From NCBI GenBank assembly GCA_964476965.1, contig CAYZCV010000003.1:1184-65183 (forward strand): a DNA stretch of 64,000 nucleotides, given 5' to 3'. The position numbers were made by a program, and so were the translations under genes. The notes beneath the pieces are model-generated. The model saw nothing but the letters and a program-made list of their open reading frames with translations, was not told the origin of the DNA and made no database searches. Shown here one piece after another: positions 43,319 to 53,576 of the stretch. Source of the DNA: an uncultured Opitutus sp. GTDB lineage: Bacteria; Verrucomicrobiota; Verrucomicrobiia; Opitutales; Opitutaceae. Every line of letters starts with the position of its first letter. The stretch's first letter is position 1.

Positions 43319-44782
43319 TCAGGCCGCGGTCCGCGCGATCTGCGCGGCGTCAGGGCGCACCACGAGGGAACCCAAGTAGGCCACCAGCAGGGTCACGGCA
43401 CAGGAGATGAGTGACACCCAGAGATTGGCGATGACCGAGTAGCCGACCGCCATGCCAGAGAAACAGCCGACGAACATCGCCACGATCAGGACGCGTCCAT
43501 TCACCGGCCGGCGTCCCACCGTGCAAATCATGCAGCCCATCATCGGCCCCAGGAAGATGCCGTAGTAGAGGTTCATGATATTGAACAGGGTCCCCAGGTG
43601 CTCGACCAGGCCGGCTCCGAGAGTTGAGACCAGGCCGATCACGGCGGAGGTCACGCGGGCATGCTTGAGCCGGGCCTTCTCATCGGAGGCGATGTGGGAG
43701 CGAAAATCGTTGAGGAGCGCCCCCGAGAGCGCGCTGATGCCACTGGTCACGCTGCTCATGGTCGCCGCGAGGATCGACGCAGCGATCAGGCCGACGAAGC
43801 CCACCGGCATGGTGGTCGCCACAAAGTGCGGAAAAACCCGGTCCGAATTCTTCGGCAGCGTGGGGTCCGGGTGCAGGCTGTACCAGGCGCCCAGCGCCAG
43901 ACCGACCACAGCCAGCATCAGGAGCACGCCGACCTGCGTGACAATCGAGGTTCCGACCGCACTTGAAGCCTCCCTCTCGTTGCCCGCCGCCAGGTAGCGC
44001 TGGAGCAGCATCGGATCCGAGGTGTAGTAGACCATCATCTGCGCGCCGCCCCCCAGCATCATGGCCATCACCGTCATCGTCTCGGTCAGGCTCAGCGACC
44101 AGTTGAAGGTGAGCAGCTTGGTGTTGCCCTCCACATAGGTCGTGACTTCGGCGAACGAGAGTGGGATTCGGAAGACAATGTACAGGATCGTCGTAATGAG
44201 CACGCCGGCGATCAGCACGAACTGCAGGGCATCGGTGATGATGACGCCGCGAATGCCGCCAATCACCGTGTACACCGTGCTCGACACGCCGATCAGGACC
44301 ACCACCGGCCAGAACCACTCGGCGCCGAGCGTTCCGCCCGTGGTCAGCAGCAGCGCCGGCACGTAGATCACCGCCGACATCCAGACGACGCGGCAGGCGA
44401 TGAACATGCCGGAAATGACGCGGCGCACCGGCAGGCCGAAGCGACGCTCGACGATGTCATACGGGCTCTGCTGGGGTTTCGCGAGGTAGCGCGGCAGGAA
44501 CCAGTAGCGCATCAGAAAGTAGAACAGCGGCCACATGAACAGGCCCGACATCGCCGTCACACCAAAGGTGAAGGCATTGCTCGGGATGGCCACGAAGGAC
44601 AGTCCGCTGAAGAGCGTCGCGCCGACGCTGAGGCCGACGATGATCGAGCCCAGCACGCCCGCGAAGCCACCCTGGGTCGTGAAGTAGTCGCTCGTGTTGT
44701 CCTGCTTTCCTCGATACAGGATTCCCACGCCAACGATCACGACAAGGTAGACGACGACAATCAGCAGATCGATGAACGACAT
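43319..44782 (-). CDS. Sodium:solute symporter (SSS family)
   Basis: 487 aa with about 13 hydrophobic segments. The N-terminus (YFTTQGGF), GGIRGVIITDALQF and the overall pattern are typical of the SSS/SglT/SiaT-type family. Confidence 0.8.
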   Translation of the reverse strand: MSFIDLLIVVVYLVVIVGVGILYRGKQDNTSDYFTTQGGFAGVLGSIIVGLSVGATLFSGLSFVAIPSNAFTFGVTAMSGLFMWPLFYFLMRYWFLPRYLAKPQQSPYDIVERRFGLPVRRVISGMFIACRVVWMSAVIYVPALLLTTGGTLGAEWFWPVVVLIGVSSTVYTVIGGIRGVIITDALQFVLIAGVLITTILYIVFRIPLSFAEVTTYVEGNTKLLTFNWSLSLTETMTVMAMMLGGGAQMMVYYTSDPMLLQRYLAAGNEREASSAVGTSIVTQVGVLLMLAVVGLALGAWYSLHPDPTLPKNSDRVFPHFVATTMPVGFVGLIAASILAATMSSVTSGISALSGALLNDFRSHIASDEKARLKHARVTSAVIGLVSTLGAGLVEHLGTLFNIMNLYYGIFLGPMMGCMICTVGRRPVNGRVLIVAMFVGCFSGMAVGYSVIANLWVSLISCAVTLLVAYLGSLVVRPDAAQIARTAA

Positions 44783-44959
44783 ACGGGAAGAGGCTGGCCC
44801 GGACGGGTGGGCACAAAGGGAGGGTGCGGGAAGGGAACGGACGCGAAAGCCCGTCGGGTTTGGCGGGTCCCGCCCGACTTGGCAATCTCGACCGGCTTTT
44901 CCCGGCGAAAGCGTTTCTGTTCGCCGTTTCGCAGGATGAAACGCCCTGCTATTTTCTGC

Positions 44960-45934
44960 CTACGGCCGGCCCAATCCCTGCATGAACGTGAAGATGCGGT
45001 CCTTGTACCCCGGCAGCACTTCATGACCGAAATCGGGGTAGATCACCATTTCGCGGCCGGAACGGATCTTGTTGTAGGCCGCAAACTGCGAGCTGGGTGG
45101 ACAGATCTTGTCCATCAGGCCGGTGAACATCAGCACGTCCGCCCGGATCCGGGGCGCGAGGTGCTGGACGTCGATGTAGCCCAGTTTCGTAAAGATCTCC
45201 TCCTCGCGCTCGTGCGTCGGATCGAAGTGCCGGAAGTACATCCGCAGCTCCTCGTACGCCTGCTCCGCCAGATCCATTTCCCAGACCCGCTGGTAGTCGC
45301 AGAGGAAGGGATAGACTGGCGCTGTCCGACGGATGCGCGGCTCGAGCGCCGCGCAGGCGAGCGACAACGCTCCGCCCTGGGAAATGCCGAAGCAGCCCAC
45401 GCGATTCGCGTCCACCTCGGCAAAGCCCATCACGACGCGAGCAAGCTGCACCGTATCGAGGAAGATCTGGCGAAACAGGAGCTTGTCCGGATCAGGATCG
45501 GCGAGCCCCCGGATGATCTGGCCCCGAATGGTTGTTCCCTTCACCCCACCCCGGTCCTCCGACCTGCCCCCCTGGCCACGGCAATCCATCGCCGCAATGG
45601 CGTACCCCTCCAGCGCCCAGTGCAGCTTCTCGGTCCAGTCACCGCTATTGCCCCAGTAGCCGTGGAACTGCAGCACCGCCGGGTGCGGCTTGGACGCTTT
45701 CTTGGGCCGGACGTACTTCGCGTAGATCCGCGCCCCGCCCACGCCGGTGAACCAGAGATCAAAGCACTCCGCATCCGCCGGGACGCACTCGGTCGAGGGC
45801 ACCAGCTCCACCTCCGGCGGCGTCGCCTCGAGCTCGCGCAGTCCCCGCGCCCAGTAGTCGTCGAAATCAATCGGGCACGGGTTGATCCCGTGATAGGCAC
45901 GAAGCTGGGCCAGTGGCAGGTCGACAAGGGGCAT
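44960..45934 (-). CDS. Acetyl-xylan esterase / cephalosporin-C deacetylase (carbohydrate esterase family 7)
   Basis: The N-terminal PLVDLPLAQLRAYHG...PIDFDDYW, GISQGG (nucleophile elbow) and C-terminal YPDFGHE are characteristic of CE7. Confidence 0.85.
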   Translation of the reverse strand: MPLVDLPLAQLRAYHGINPCPIDFDDYWARGLRELEATPPEVELVPSTECVPADAECFDLWFTGVGGARIYAKYVRPKKASKPHPAVLQFHGYWGNSGDWTEKLHWALEGYAIAAMDCRGQGGRSEDRGGVKGTTIRGQIIRGLADPDPDKLLFRQIFLDTVQLARVVMGFAEVDANRVGCFGISQGGALSLACAALEPRIRRTAPVYPFLCDYQRVWEMDLAEQAYEELRMYFRHFDPTHEREEEIFTKLGYIDVQHLAPRIRADVLMFTGLMDKICPPSSQFAAYNKIRSGREMVIYPDFGHEVLPGYKDRIFTFMQGLGRP

Positions 45935-46072
45935 GGGCGGCAGAAAGGAAACTTCCCTTCAACTGAACCGCCAACCCGCTTCGGTCAACAATCCGCAGAA
46001 AAGGTAACCCGGATGGATCGCCGGACCGTCTGGTCGGGTCGAGTGGATGATTTTACTAAGACCCAGGACATG

Positions 46073-46172
46073 AACCACGGATTACACGGATAGGATCCGC
46101 CCGTGACCCGGGCGTGCTGGGCAAATTCCGTGATCCGTGTGCATCCGTGTCCATCCGTGGTTAAAACGGATC
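46073..46172. repeat. Intergenic palindromic element built from ATCCGTG heptads at about 10-bp phasing
   Basis: Left arm AACCACGGATTACACGGAT(AGGATCC). Right arm ATCCGTGTGC ATCCGTGTCC ATCCGTGGTT, plus ACGGATC. That gives three copies in each orientation, with arms separated by about 40 nt. Confidence 0.7.
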
Positions 46173-46181
46173 GACGGTTCG

Positions 46182-46208
46182 TTTCCGCGACTTTCCGCGT
46201 TTTCCGCG
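46182..46208. repeat. Three direct TTTCCGCG repeats (spacing 10 and 9 bp) plus a degenerate fourth (46217-46223)
   Basis: GTTTCCGCGA CTTTCCGCGT TTTCCGCGGG, located immediately 3' of the stop of the 921-aa gene and next to the ATCCGTG element. Confidence 0.6.
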
Positions 46209-46226
46209 GGCACCGCTTTCCGTCGC

Positions 46227-48992
46227 CTACGCCTCCGGCAGCGTGTCACCGACCAGCGCGAGGCATTGGATTGCGGCGAGCCCCCACTGGGCCGAGGAAT
46301 TGGTCGAGACCCGCGCGGCCTCGTCCACCGGCCGCAGCACCGCCGGGCCGGCGACGCGCACGGTCGTGAACCGGCCCCGGTCCCCCATGCCCCCGTTCCC
46401 GGCAAAGAACTCCCGCCACGCCCGTTGCGCCAGCGCCGGATCCCGCTTCGCCTTAGCCGCGAACGCCGTCAGCCGCGCGTGGCCCTGCTGGAGATTCAGT
46501 CCGCCCAGGGCATTGCCCAGCCGGGCCGTCTGCTCCGCCGCCGGCGCATTGTAGAGCTCACAGTAATCCAACCACGCTTGGGTGAACGCCGGCTCGTCGA
46601 TCAGCTGCACCAGTTCGGAGCAGACCTCGATCAACCCGAACACCGCGCTGAGGTGCGAAGCGCTTGCCCGGTCGCTCGTCGACCGCCGGAATTCGCCCGT
46701 CTCCAGGTTCATGAACGAGACCTGCGTGAAGAAGCCCTTCGGCTGCTCGCCAATCGTCCGCATGCTCGTCCGCAGCCGCGCCAGCACACGGGGATCACCC
46801 GTCCGCTCCCACTCCGTCAGCCACGCCGCGGCGACCGAGCCCCAGTCCGTCCCGAAGCCCAGCCGCGCAAAGCCCTCCGGGATCGGCTCTGGTGCGCGCC
46901 CACCCTGCCGGGTCCCGATCAGCTTGCGCTCGGCGATGATCCGCACCAGCGCCGCCGCCCCGTCGTTCTGCTCGCGCATGAGATCACCCACCCGCTCGTC
47001 CGCCGTCAGATAATAGTAGTAGCGCCGGTTCGCCGCCGTGCTGATGCGCAGCTGCTTCGCGCTGCAGCCCCAGTGCAGCACGCTGTGCCGCGAGCCGAGC
47101 GGCGCAAAGCGCCCGATGTGGTGCACGTCCACCTCACCCGTGTGCCGCGTCATCGCCTCCGCAAAACGGAAGACATCCGCCCGCCCCGTCTGCAGGAAGT
47201 ACAGCCACAGCCAGATGTCGGTCGAGAGCTCGGAATTGTCCCAGGCAAAGCCCCCGATGTCGTACTTCCACTCGTGACGGTCCGCATCATAGGAGTGCAT
47301 GACGTCACCATAGTTCCAATACCCGTACCAGCGCCGCTGCTCGCGCTGGTCGACGAAGAACCGGAAATGCTGGTCCAGCCGCTCCGCCAGCTCCGCCCGC
47401 GCCGGGGTCGACCGGTCCTCGGGCGTCCATAGCCCGCCAAAGACCCCGCAACGGTGAACATGATCCCCGCGCGCCAGCAGCACCGCCGGCGTCGCCACCG
47501 CCGCCGCCAGACCCGCCAGCCGCGCGCCGTCCGGCGTGCCCGCCAGCGACCAGAGGAAGAGCTCACTTGTCCGCGCCACGCCCTCCGGCTTGTCGAAGCC
47601 GGGCTCGTAGTCCTCATAAGTGATCTCCAGCCCCTCCAACTGCTCGGCATAGGTGTCCATCCCCATGCCGTCATGATAGCCGCGCAGGTCCATCGCCCCG
47701 GCATCCGGCGCCCACATCCAGACCGTCACCTCCGCCGCCTCGGTCGTTGCGCCCCGGATGTCGAGCTGCGCCGGATAACTCTGCCAGAAATTCCGCAGAC
47801 CAAACGCCACCCCACCCGTCGGCGTGCCGACATAGCCCAGCCCGCCCGCCCGCTGGCCGCGCGCCGCGCTCAGCCACGTGTAGCCGTCCTTCGTGCGCTT
47901 GCGGATCTCGAAGCCGTCCGCGGTGCCCTGCAGCAGGGTCCAGTCGGAAAATGCCGGGATCTTGTCCAGCCGGCGGCTGACCGTCGCCGGCCAGGTATCG
48001 ATCGGCGGCGTGGCCTGACCCGAACGTTGCGCCGCCCTGACCGCCGCTCCCGGATCCCGCCGGAGTCCGGTCAGGCCGCGCACCGCCTCGGTGAACACCC
48101 CTCCCGCCTCGCCGGCGAAACGAACATGGCGGTCATGCGCCTCGCCCCGCAGCGGGACATCGAAGCGCAGGCCCAGCCCGCGCACGAAATCCCGGTACTC
48201 GTCGCCGTCATAAATGATCGTGTGCAGCACGCGCAGCGCGTCGCTGCCCGCATAGGCGTACAGGCGCACCACAAAGGGCAGCCAACGCCGGCCGTTCGCC
48301 TCGCCCGCCGCGGCATGCCGCCCCTCGAGCTTGATCACCGCGCGCACCGGTCCCGCCTGTTCGAAGCTGACCTTGTCCAGCCGCCCCGCGAACGGCTCCA
48401 CCCGCGGTGCCGACGCGTCCGTGCGATCCTCGCGGAGACACACCAACCGGCCGGCCTTCAGAATCTCCTGCCCGCCGCGACGGACATCCGCGATCAGCAC
48501 GTCGCCGCTCTTGCGCAGACGGTACTGGACCACGCCCGTGTCCACCTCGATTTCCTCGGCCGTCTCCCGCACGGTCAGCGGCTGGGCCGGCCCCACCGGA
48601 TCGCCCGCCGCGATTTCCAAATCCGCCCCGTCGGCCGCCTCCGGCGGCAGCGCAACGCCCGTCCACTTGACCGATCCATCCGGCCACGAGGCCAGTGACC
48701 AGGTCTGCGCCGGCACGGCCCGACCGCCCGACCCTCGCACGGCAAAGCGCGTTCCCGCCGCGTGCTGCCCCGTCGGCCACGGAACACCCAAGGTCACCCC
48801 GGGCGTGCCCGCCGCGGGCGCCGACCCATCCAGCCACACGAGCGGCGCCGCAGCGGGCGACAGCGGCGAACGCACCGACTCGACCTGGGACGGGGTCGCG
48901 GTGGCGGCGCCGGCCGTCCCGCGGAGGAGATTGGCCGCGGCGGCAACCAGAGCCGTACGGCCGACAAATTCACGACGCGTGAGGGAGGGCAT
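46227..48992 (-). CDS. Large Tat-exported protein of unknown function (921 aa)
   Basis: Track ORF 46227..49085 trimmed to ATG 48992 (MPSLTRREFVGRTALVAAAANLL, a twin-arginine signal). Conserved-looking core WYGYWNYGDVMHSYDADRHEWKYDIGGFAWDNSE. I cannot place it in a characterised family. Confidence 0.5.
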   Translation of the reverse strand: MPSLTRREFVGRTALVAAAANLLRGTAGAATATPSQVESVRSPLSPAAAPLVWLDGSAPAAGTPGVTLGVPWPTGQHAAGTRFAVRGSGGRAVPAQTWSLASWPDGSVKWTGVALPPEAADGADLEIAAGDPVGPAQPLTVRETAEEIEVDTGVVQYRLRKSGDVLIADVRRGGQEILKAGRLVCLREDRTDASAPRVEPFAGRLDKVSFEQAGPVRAVIKLEGRHAAAGEANGRRWLPFVVRLYAYAGSDALRVLHTIIYDGDEYRDFVRGLGLRFDVPLRGEAHDRHVRFAGEAGGVFTEAVRGLTGLRRDPGAAVRAAQRSGQATPPIDTWPATVSRRLDKIPAFSDWTLLQGTADGFEIRKRTKDGYTWLSAARGQRAGGLGYVGTPTGGVAFGLRNFWQSYPAQLDIRGATTEAAEVTVWMWAPDAGAMDLRGYHDGMGMDTYAEQLEGLEITYEDYEPGFDKPEGVARTSELFLWSLAGTPDGARLAGLAAAVATPAVLLARGDHVHRCGVFGGLWTPEDRSTPARAELAERLDQHFRFFVDQREQRRWYGYWNYGDVMHSYDADRHEWKYDIGGFAWDNSELSTDIWLWLYFLQTGRADVFRFAEAMTRHTGEVDVHHIGRFAPLGSRHSVLHWGCSAKQLRISTAANRRYYYYLTADERVGDLMREQNDGAAALVRIIAERKLIGTRQGGRAPEPIPEGFARLGFGTDWGSVAAAWLTEWERTGDPRVLARLRTSMRTIGEQPKGFFTQVSFMNLETGEFRRSTSDRASASHLSAVFGLIEVCSELVQLIDEPAFTQAWLDYCELYNAPAAEQTARLGNALGGLNLQQGHARLTAFAAKAKRDPALAQRAWREFFAGNGGMGDRGRFTTVRVAGPAVLRPVDEAARVSTNSSAQWGLAAIQCLALVGDTLPEA

Positions 48993-49130
48993 GACAGAAA
49001 GGAGGACCGGGGTGAAACGAGGCAGCAGGGCGCCGGTGGGGGATCGGCGGCGGGATACCTTCAGCCAAAGCGGCCCCCGAATCAAATGCGGCCCGGCAGA
49101 ATTCGGACGGTTTGACCCGGACTGGGCTCT

Positions 49131-49991
49131 TCAGGCCAGACCCCAGGCCCGGCGCAGCTGGCAGGCCGTCATTTGCGCAATGCCCCGCTCGTCCAGACCC
49201 GCCGCCACGACCTGAACCAGCGCGGCATTGTCCGCCGCGAGCGAGCCGTCCGGTAGCCACAGGTTGTTCTCAAAGCCCACCCGCAGGCCGCCCCCGGCTT
49301 CCGCGCCCGCCAGCACACAGGCCGCCTCGTTCGGGCCGAAGGCACAGGTCATCCACGAGGCGAACCGGGGGGCATCGGCCGCGAGAAAGGGCGCCAGATC
49401 CGCCGGCGCCGAGACCTGCCCGGGCGTGTAGCGCCCGAGCACATACAGAACCGCGAGCCGCTCCGCCGGGACCAGGCCCCGCCGCTGCAGGTCGGCCAGA
49501 CGCACCGCCTCCTCCGGCGTGTAGAGGATCACCTGCACCGCGATCCCCGCCGCATGTAACCGGCCAAGAAATTCGGCGAACTCCCGTTCGTCAGCACCGT
49601 CCGGCAGGAGTTCGCGCAAGGCCAGCGACACCGCCTCCGGCCGCACCGCCTCCACCACCGCCCGCTGCTCGGCCGGCGTGTACCGGCCCAGCGACTCACT
49701 CGTGATCTGGATCACCATCGTTTCCTTCACCTCCATCCGAACAGCCTGCAGCGCACGGGCGTAGGCCTCCGCCTCGAGCAGGTGCCGACCGGCCGCATCC
49801 CGCACGTGAAGATGGATCATCGCCGCGCCCGCGTCGCGACAGGCCGCGGCGGTCCAGGCCAGCTCCGCCGGTTCCAGCGGCAGTCGCGGGTGATCGGCCT
49901 TGGTGCGGCGCCCGCCGTTCGGCGCCACCGCTATCGGCACCGGGGCCGGGGCGGCCGCCGTAGGCCCGGATGGCGCAAGGTCTTGAAACAT
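49131..49991 (-). CDS. Beta-keto acid cleavage enzyme (BKACE / DUF849, 3-keto-5-aminohexanoate cleavage enzyme family)
   Basis: IAVAPNGGRRTKADHPRLPLEPAELA and MIHLHVRD (HxH zinc motif) indicate a TIM barrel of the Kce family. The start is ATG 49991 (MFQDLAPS), or 50033 if the longer form is used. Confidence 0.75.
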   Translation of the reverse strand: MFQDLAPSGPTAAAPAPVPIAVAPNGGRRTKADHPRLPLEPAELAWTAAACRDAGAAMIHLHVRDAAGRHLLEAEAYARALQAVRMEVKETMVIQITSESLGRYTPAEQRAVVEAVRPEAVSLALRELLPDGADEREFAEFLGRLHAAGIAVQVILYTPEEAVRLADLQRRGLVPAERLAVLYVLGRYTPGQVSAPADLAPFLAADAPRFASWMTCAFGPNEAACVLAGAEAGGGLRVGFENNLWLPDGSLAADNAALVQVVAAGLDERGIAQMTACQLRRAWGLA

Positions 49992-50015
49992 ATGAATCAC
50001 TGATTGCTCAAATAA

Positions 50016-50028
50016 AACAATTGTTGCA
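50016..50028 (+). promoter_or_regulatory. AT-rich motif AACAATTGTTGCA (contains the palindrome AACAATTGTT) in the BKACE / RpiR divergent region
   Basis: Lies 33 bp upstream of the RpiR GTG. It matches 61473-61485 at 12 of 13 positions. Confidence 0.3.
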
Positions 50029-50060
50029 AGCATGCACCCGCCGGATCACTTTTACCCGAC

Positions 50061-50969
50061 GTGACGCCGCCCGCACCCTCGATTTCCGAACGCATTATTC
50101 AGGCCCTGGACGCGATGCCCGCCCAGCTCCAGGCCGCGGCGCGCTACGTCCTCGAAAATCCGCGGGACGTGGCCCTCCTGTCGATGCGTGAACAGGCCCG
50201 CCGCGCCGGGCTGCAACCAGCCACCATGACCCGCTTCGCCAAGCGGCTGGGGCTGGAGGGTTACGACGACATCCGCGCGCTGCACGCCGATGCGATCCGC
50301 CGCCCCGATCTCGACTTCGCCGGCAAGGCGTCCGCCCAGGTCTCCACCCAGCGCGAGCGGGGTGACCGCGCGCTCGCCGCCGACATGGCCGCCACCCTCG
50401 CCCGTCAGGTGGCCCGCCTGGCCGAGCCGGAATCGCTCGACGCGCTCGCCGCCGCCGCCGCCAGCCTGCACGGTGCGCGCCGGATCTACTGCATGGGCCT
50501 GCGCTCCTGCCACGGCGTCGCCTGGCACCTGCACTATATTCTGTCCCTCTTCAGCGACCGCGTCGTGCTGCTCGACCATGTCGCCGGCATCGGCCTCGAC
50601 CCGATCCGCACCGCCACGGCCAAGGACATCCTCGTCGTCGCCAGCGTGCGCCCGTACACGCGGGCCACGATTGAAGGCGCCCAGTACGCCACCGACCGCG
50701 GCGTGCCCGTGCTCGCGTTCACCGACAGCAAGGCCTCGCCGCTTGCCCGCCTCGCGCGTCACACCCTGCTGGTCTCGACCGAGAGCCCGTCCTTCTTCCA
50801 CACCATGACGCCCGCGTTCGCGCTGGCCGAGATGCTGGCCACGCTCGCCGCCGGCCGCGGCGGCGACACCGTTGCCCAGGCGCTCAAGCACACCGAGGAC
50901 CAGCTCGCTGCCTTCCAAGTCCACTGGACCCCCAAGGCCGGACGCCGCCGCGCCGGCGAGCGGTCCTGA
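50061..50969 (+). CDS. MurR/RpiR-family transcriptional regulator (HTH_6 + SIS domain)
   Basis: GTG start. AARYVLENPRDVALLSMREQARRAGLQPATMTRFAKRLGLEGY (HTH_6) and a SIS-type phosphosugar-binding domain (IYCMGLRSCHGVA...VVASVRPYT). Confidence 0.85.
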   Translation: MTPPAPSISERIIQALDAMPAQLQAAARYVLENPRDVALLSMREQARRAGLQPATMTRFAKRLGLEGYDDIRALHADAIRRPDLDFAGKASAQVSTQRERGDRALAADMAATLARQVARLAEPESLDALAAAAASLHGARRIYCMGLRSCHGVAWHLHYILSLFSDRVVLLDHVAGIGLDPIRTATAKDILVVASVRPYTRATIEGAQYATDRGVPVLAFTDSKASPLARLARHTLLVSTESPSFFHTMTPAFALAEMLATLAAGRGGDTVAQALKHTEDQLAAFQVHWTPKAGRRRAGERS

Positions 50970-50997
50970 TGCTGCGCTTCACCCGAACTTTACCGCC

Positions 50998-52338
50998 ATG
51001 ACCCACCTCCTTCATCGCCAGATCGCCGGCACCTTGCCGGTCGCCGTCTCCGGCCGCGGGATCGAGCTCGTCGACGCCAACGGGCGCGTCTACCTCGACG
51101 CCTCGGGCGGCGCGGCTGTGTCCTGCCTTGGCCATGGCCATCCCGACGTCGTCGCCGCGATCCACGCGCAGGTTGACCGCCTGGCCTACGCCCACACGGG
51201 CTTCTTCACGACCGAGGTCGCCGAGCGTCTCGCCGATCACCTCATCGCCCGTGCGCCCGCCGGCCTTTCCCATGCCTACCTCGTGAGCGGCGGATCCGAA
51301 GCGATGGAGGCTGCCCTCAAGATGGCCCGACAGTACTTTGTCGAGAAGGGCGAGCCCGCCCGGCGCCACGTCATCGCCCGTCGGCAAAGCTACCACGGCA
51401 ACACCCTCGGCGCTCTTGCCGCTGGCGGCAATGAATGGCGCCGCACGCAGTTCAAGCCGCTGCTGATCGACACCCATCACATCGATCCGTGCTACGCCTA
51501 CCGCTACCAACAGCCCGGTGAGGACGATGCCGCCTACGCCGCCCGGGCGGCTCAGGCGCTCGAGGACAAGATCCTCGAACTCGGGCCCGGCACCGTCATG
51601 GCCTTCCTCGCGGAGACCGTCGTCGGCGCCACCGCCGGCGCGCTCACCCCGGTGGCGGACTACCTCCGCCGCATCCGCGCCATCTGCGATCGGTACGGTG
51701 TGTTGCTCATACTCGACGAGGTGATGTGCGGCATGGGCCGCACGGGCACCCTTCACGCCTGCGAGCAGGACGGCATTTCGCCCGACCTGCTGGCCATCGC
51801 CAAGGGTCTCGGCGGCGGCTACCAGCCGATTGGCGCAGTCCTGCTCAGCCGGCGCATCTTCGACGCGTTCGCGCAGGGCTCCGGCCTCTTCCAGCACGGG
51901 CACACCTACCTCGCCCACCCGATGGCCTGCGCCGCCGCCCTCGCGGTGCAGCAGGTGATCGAACGCGACCAGCTTCTCGCGAATGTTCGCCGCCAGGGAA
52001 CCTACCTCGCGGCGGCCCTGCGCCAGCGGCTCGGCGATCATCCGCAGGTCGGTGACATTCGCGGACGCGGCCTCTTCCTGGGAGTCGAGTTCGTCGCCGA
52101 CCGCGCGACCAAGGAACCGTTCGCCCCGTCCCTCAAGCTCCACGCCCGCATCAAGCGCGAGGCCATGGCCCGCGGTCTCATGGTGTACCCGATGGGCGGC
52201 ACCCTCGACGGCGTGCGCGGCGATCACCTGCTGGTCGCACCGCCCTTCATCGTCACCGAGTCCGACGTCGATGTCATCGTCGACCGCCTCGCCGCCGCCA
52301 TCGACACCGCCCTCGGCACCGTCCGCGCCGCGGCCTGA
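50998..52338 (+). CDS. Class-III (omega-type) aminotransferase
   Basis: Track ORF 50872..52338 trimmed to ATG 50998 (MTHLLHRQIAG). VSGGSEAMEAALKMARQY, LILDEVMCGMGRTG and AIAKGLGGGYQPIGAV (PLP lysine). Confidence 0.85.
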   Translation: MTHLLHRQIAGTLPVAVSGRGIELVDANGRVYLDASGGAAVSCLGHGHPDVVAAIHAQVDRLAYAHTGFFTTEVAERLADHLIARAPAGLSHAYLVSGGSEAMEAALKMARQYFVEKGEPARRHVIARRQSYHGNTLGALAAGGNEWRRTQFKPLLIDTHHIDPCYAYRYQQPGEDDAAYAARAAQALEDKILELGPGTVMAFLAETVVGATAGALTPVADYLRRIRAICDRYGVLLILDEVMCGMGRTGTLHACEQDGISPDLLAIAKGLGGGYQPIGAVLLSRRIFDAFAQGSGLFQHGHTYLAHPMACAAALAVQQVIERDQLLANVRRQGTYLAAALRQRLGDHPQVGDIRGRGLFLGVEFVADRATKEPFAPSLKLHARIKREAMARGLMVYPMGGTLDGVRGDHLLVAPPFIVTESDVDVIVDRLAAAIDTALGTVRAAA

Positions 52339-52356
52339 ACGTCCGCACTCGACCGC

Positions 52357-53550
<1,194 letters not shown>

Positions 53551-53576
53551 ACTCCCCTTTCCGCGCTTTTTCCCTT

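Noticed and set aside
44783-44959. A 177-bp spacer between the CE7 esterase and the sodium:solute symporter gene, with several short GC hairpins (for example GTCGGG...CCCGAC).
   Set aside because: The stems are short, interrupted and lack a U-tract. They are not distinguishable from background self-complementarity in GC-rich DNA, so no terminator or RNA element is called.
46073-46208. The possibility that the short phased repeats form a CRISPR array.
   Set aside because: The repeat units are only 7-8 bp with 2-3 bp between them. There are no 25-40 bp repeats with unique spacers, and no cas genes occur anywhere in the window.
46082-46405. A 107-aa ORF and neighbouring small ORFs encoding NHGWTRMHTDHG-like or MNHGLHG-like peptides.
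   Set aside because: They are translations of the ATCCGTG heptad repeat element and the 3' end of the antisense strand of the 921-aa gene. They are repeat-derived artefacts rather than genes.
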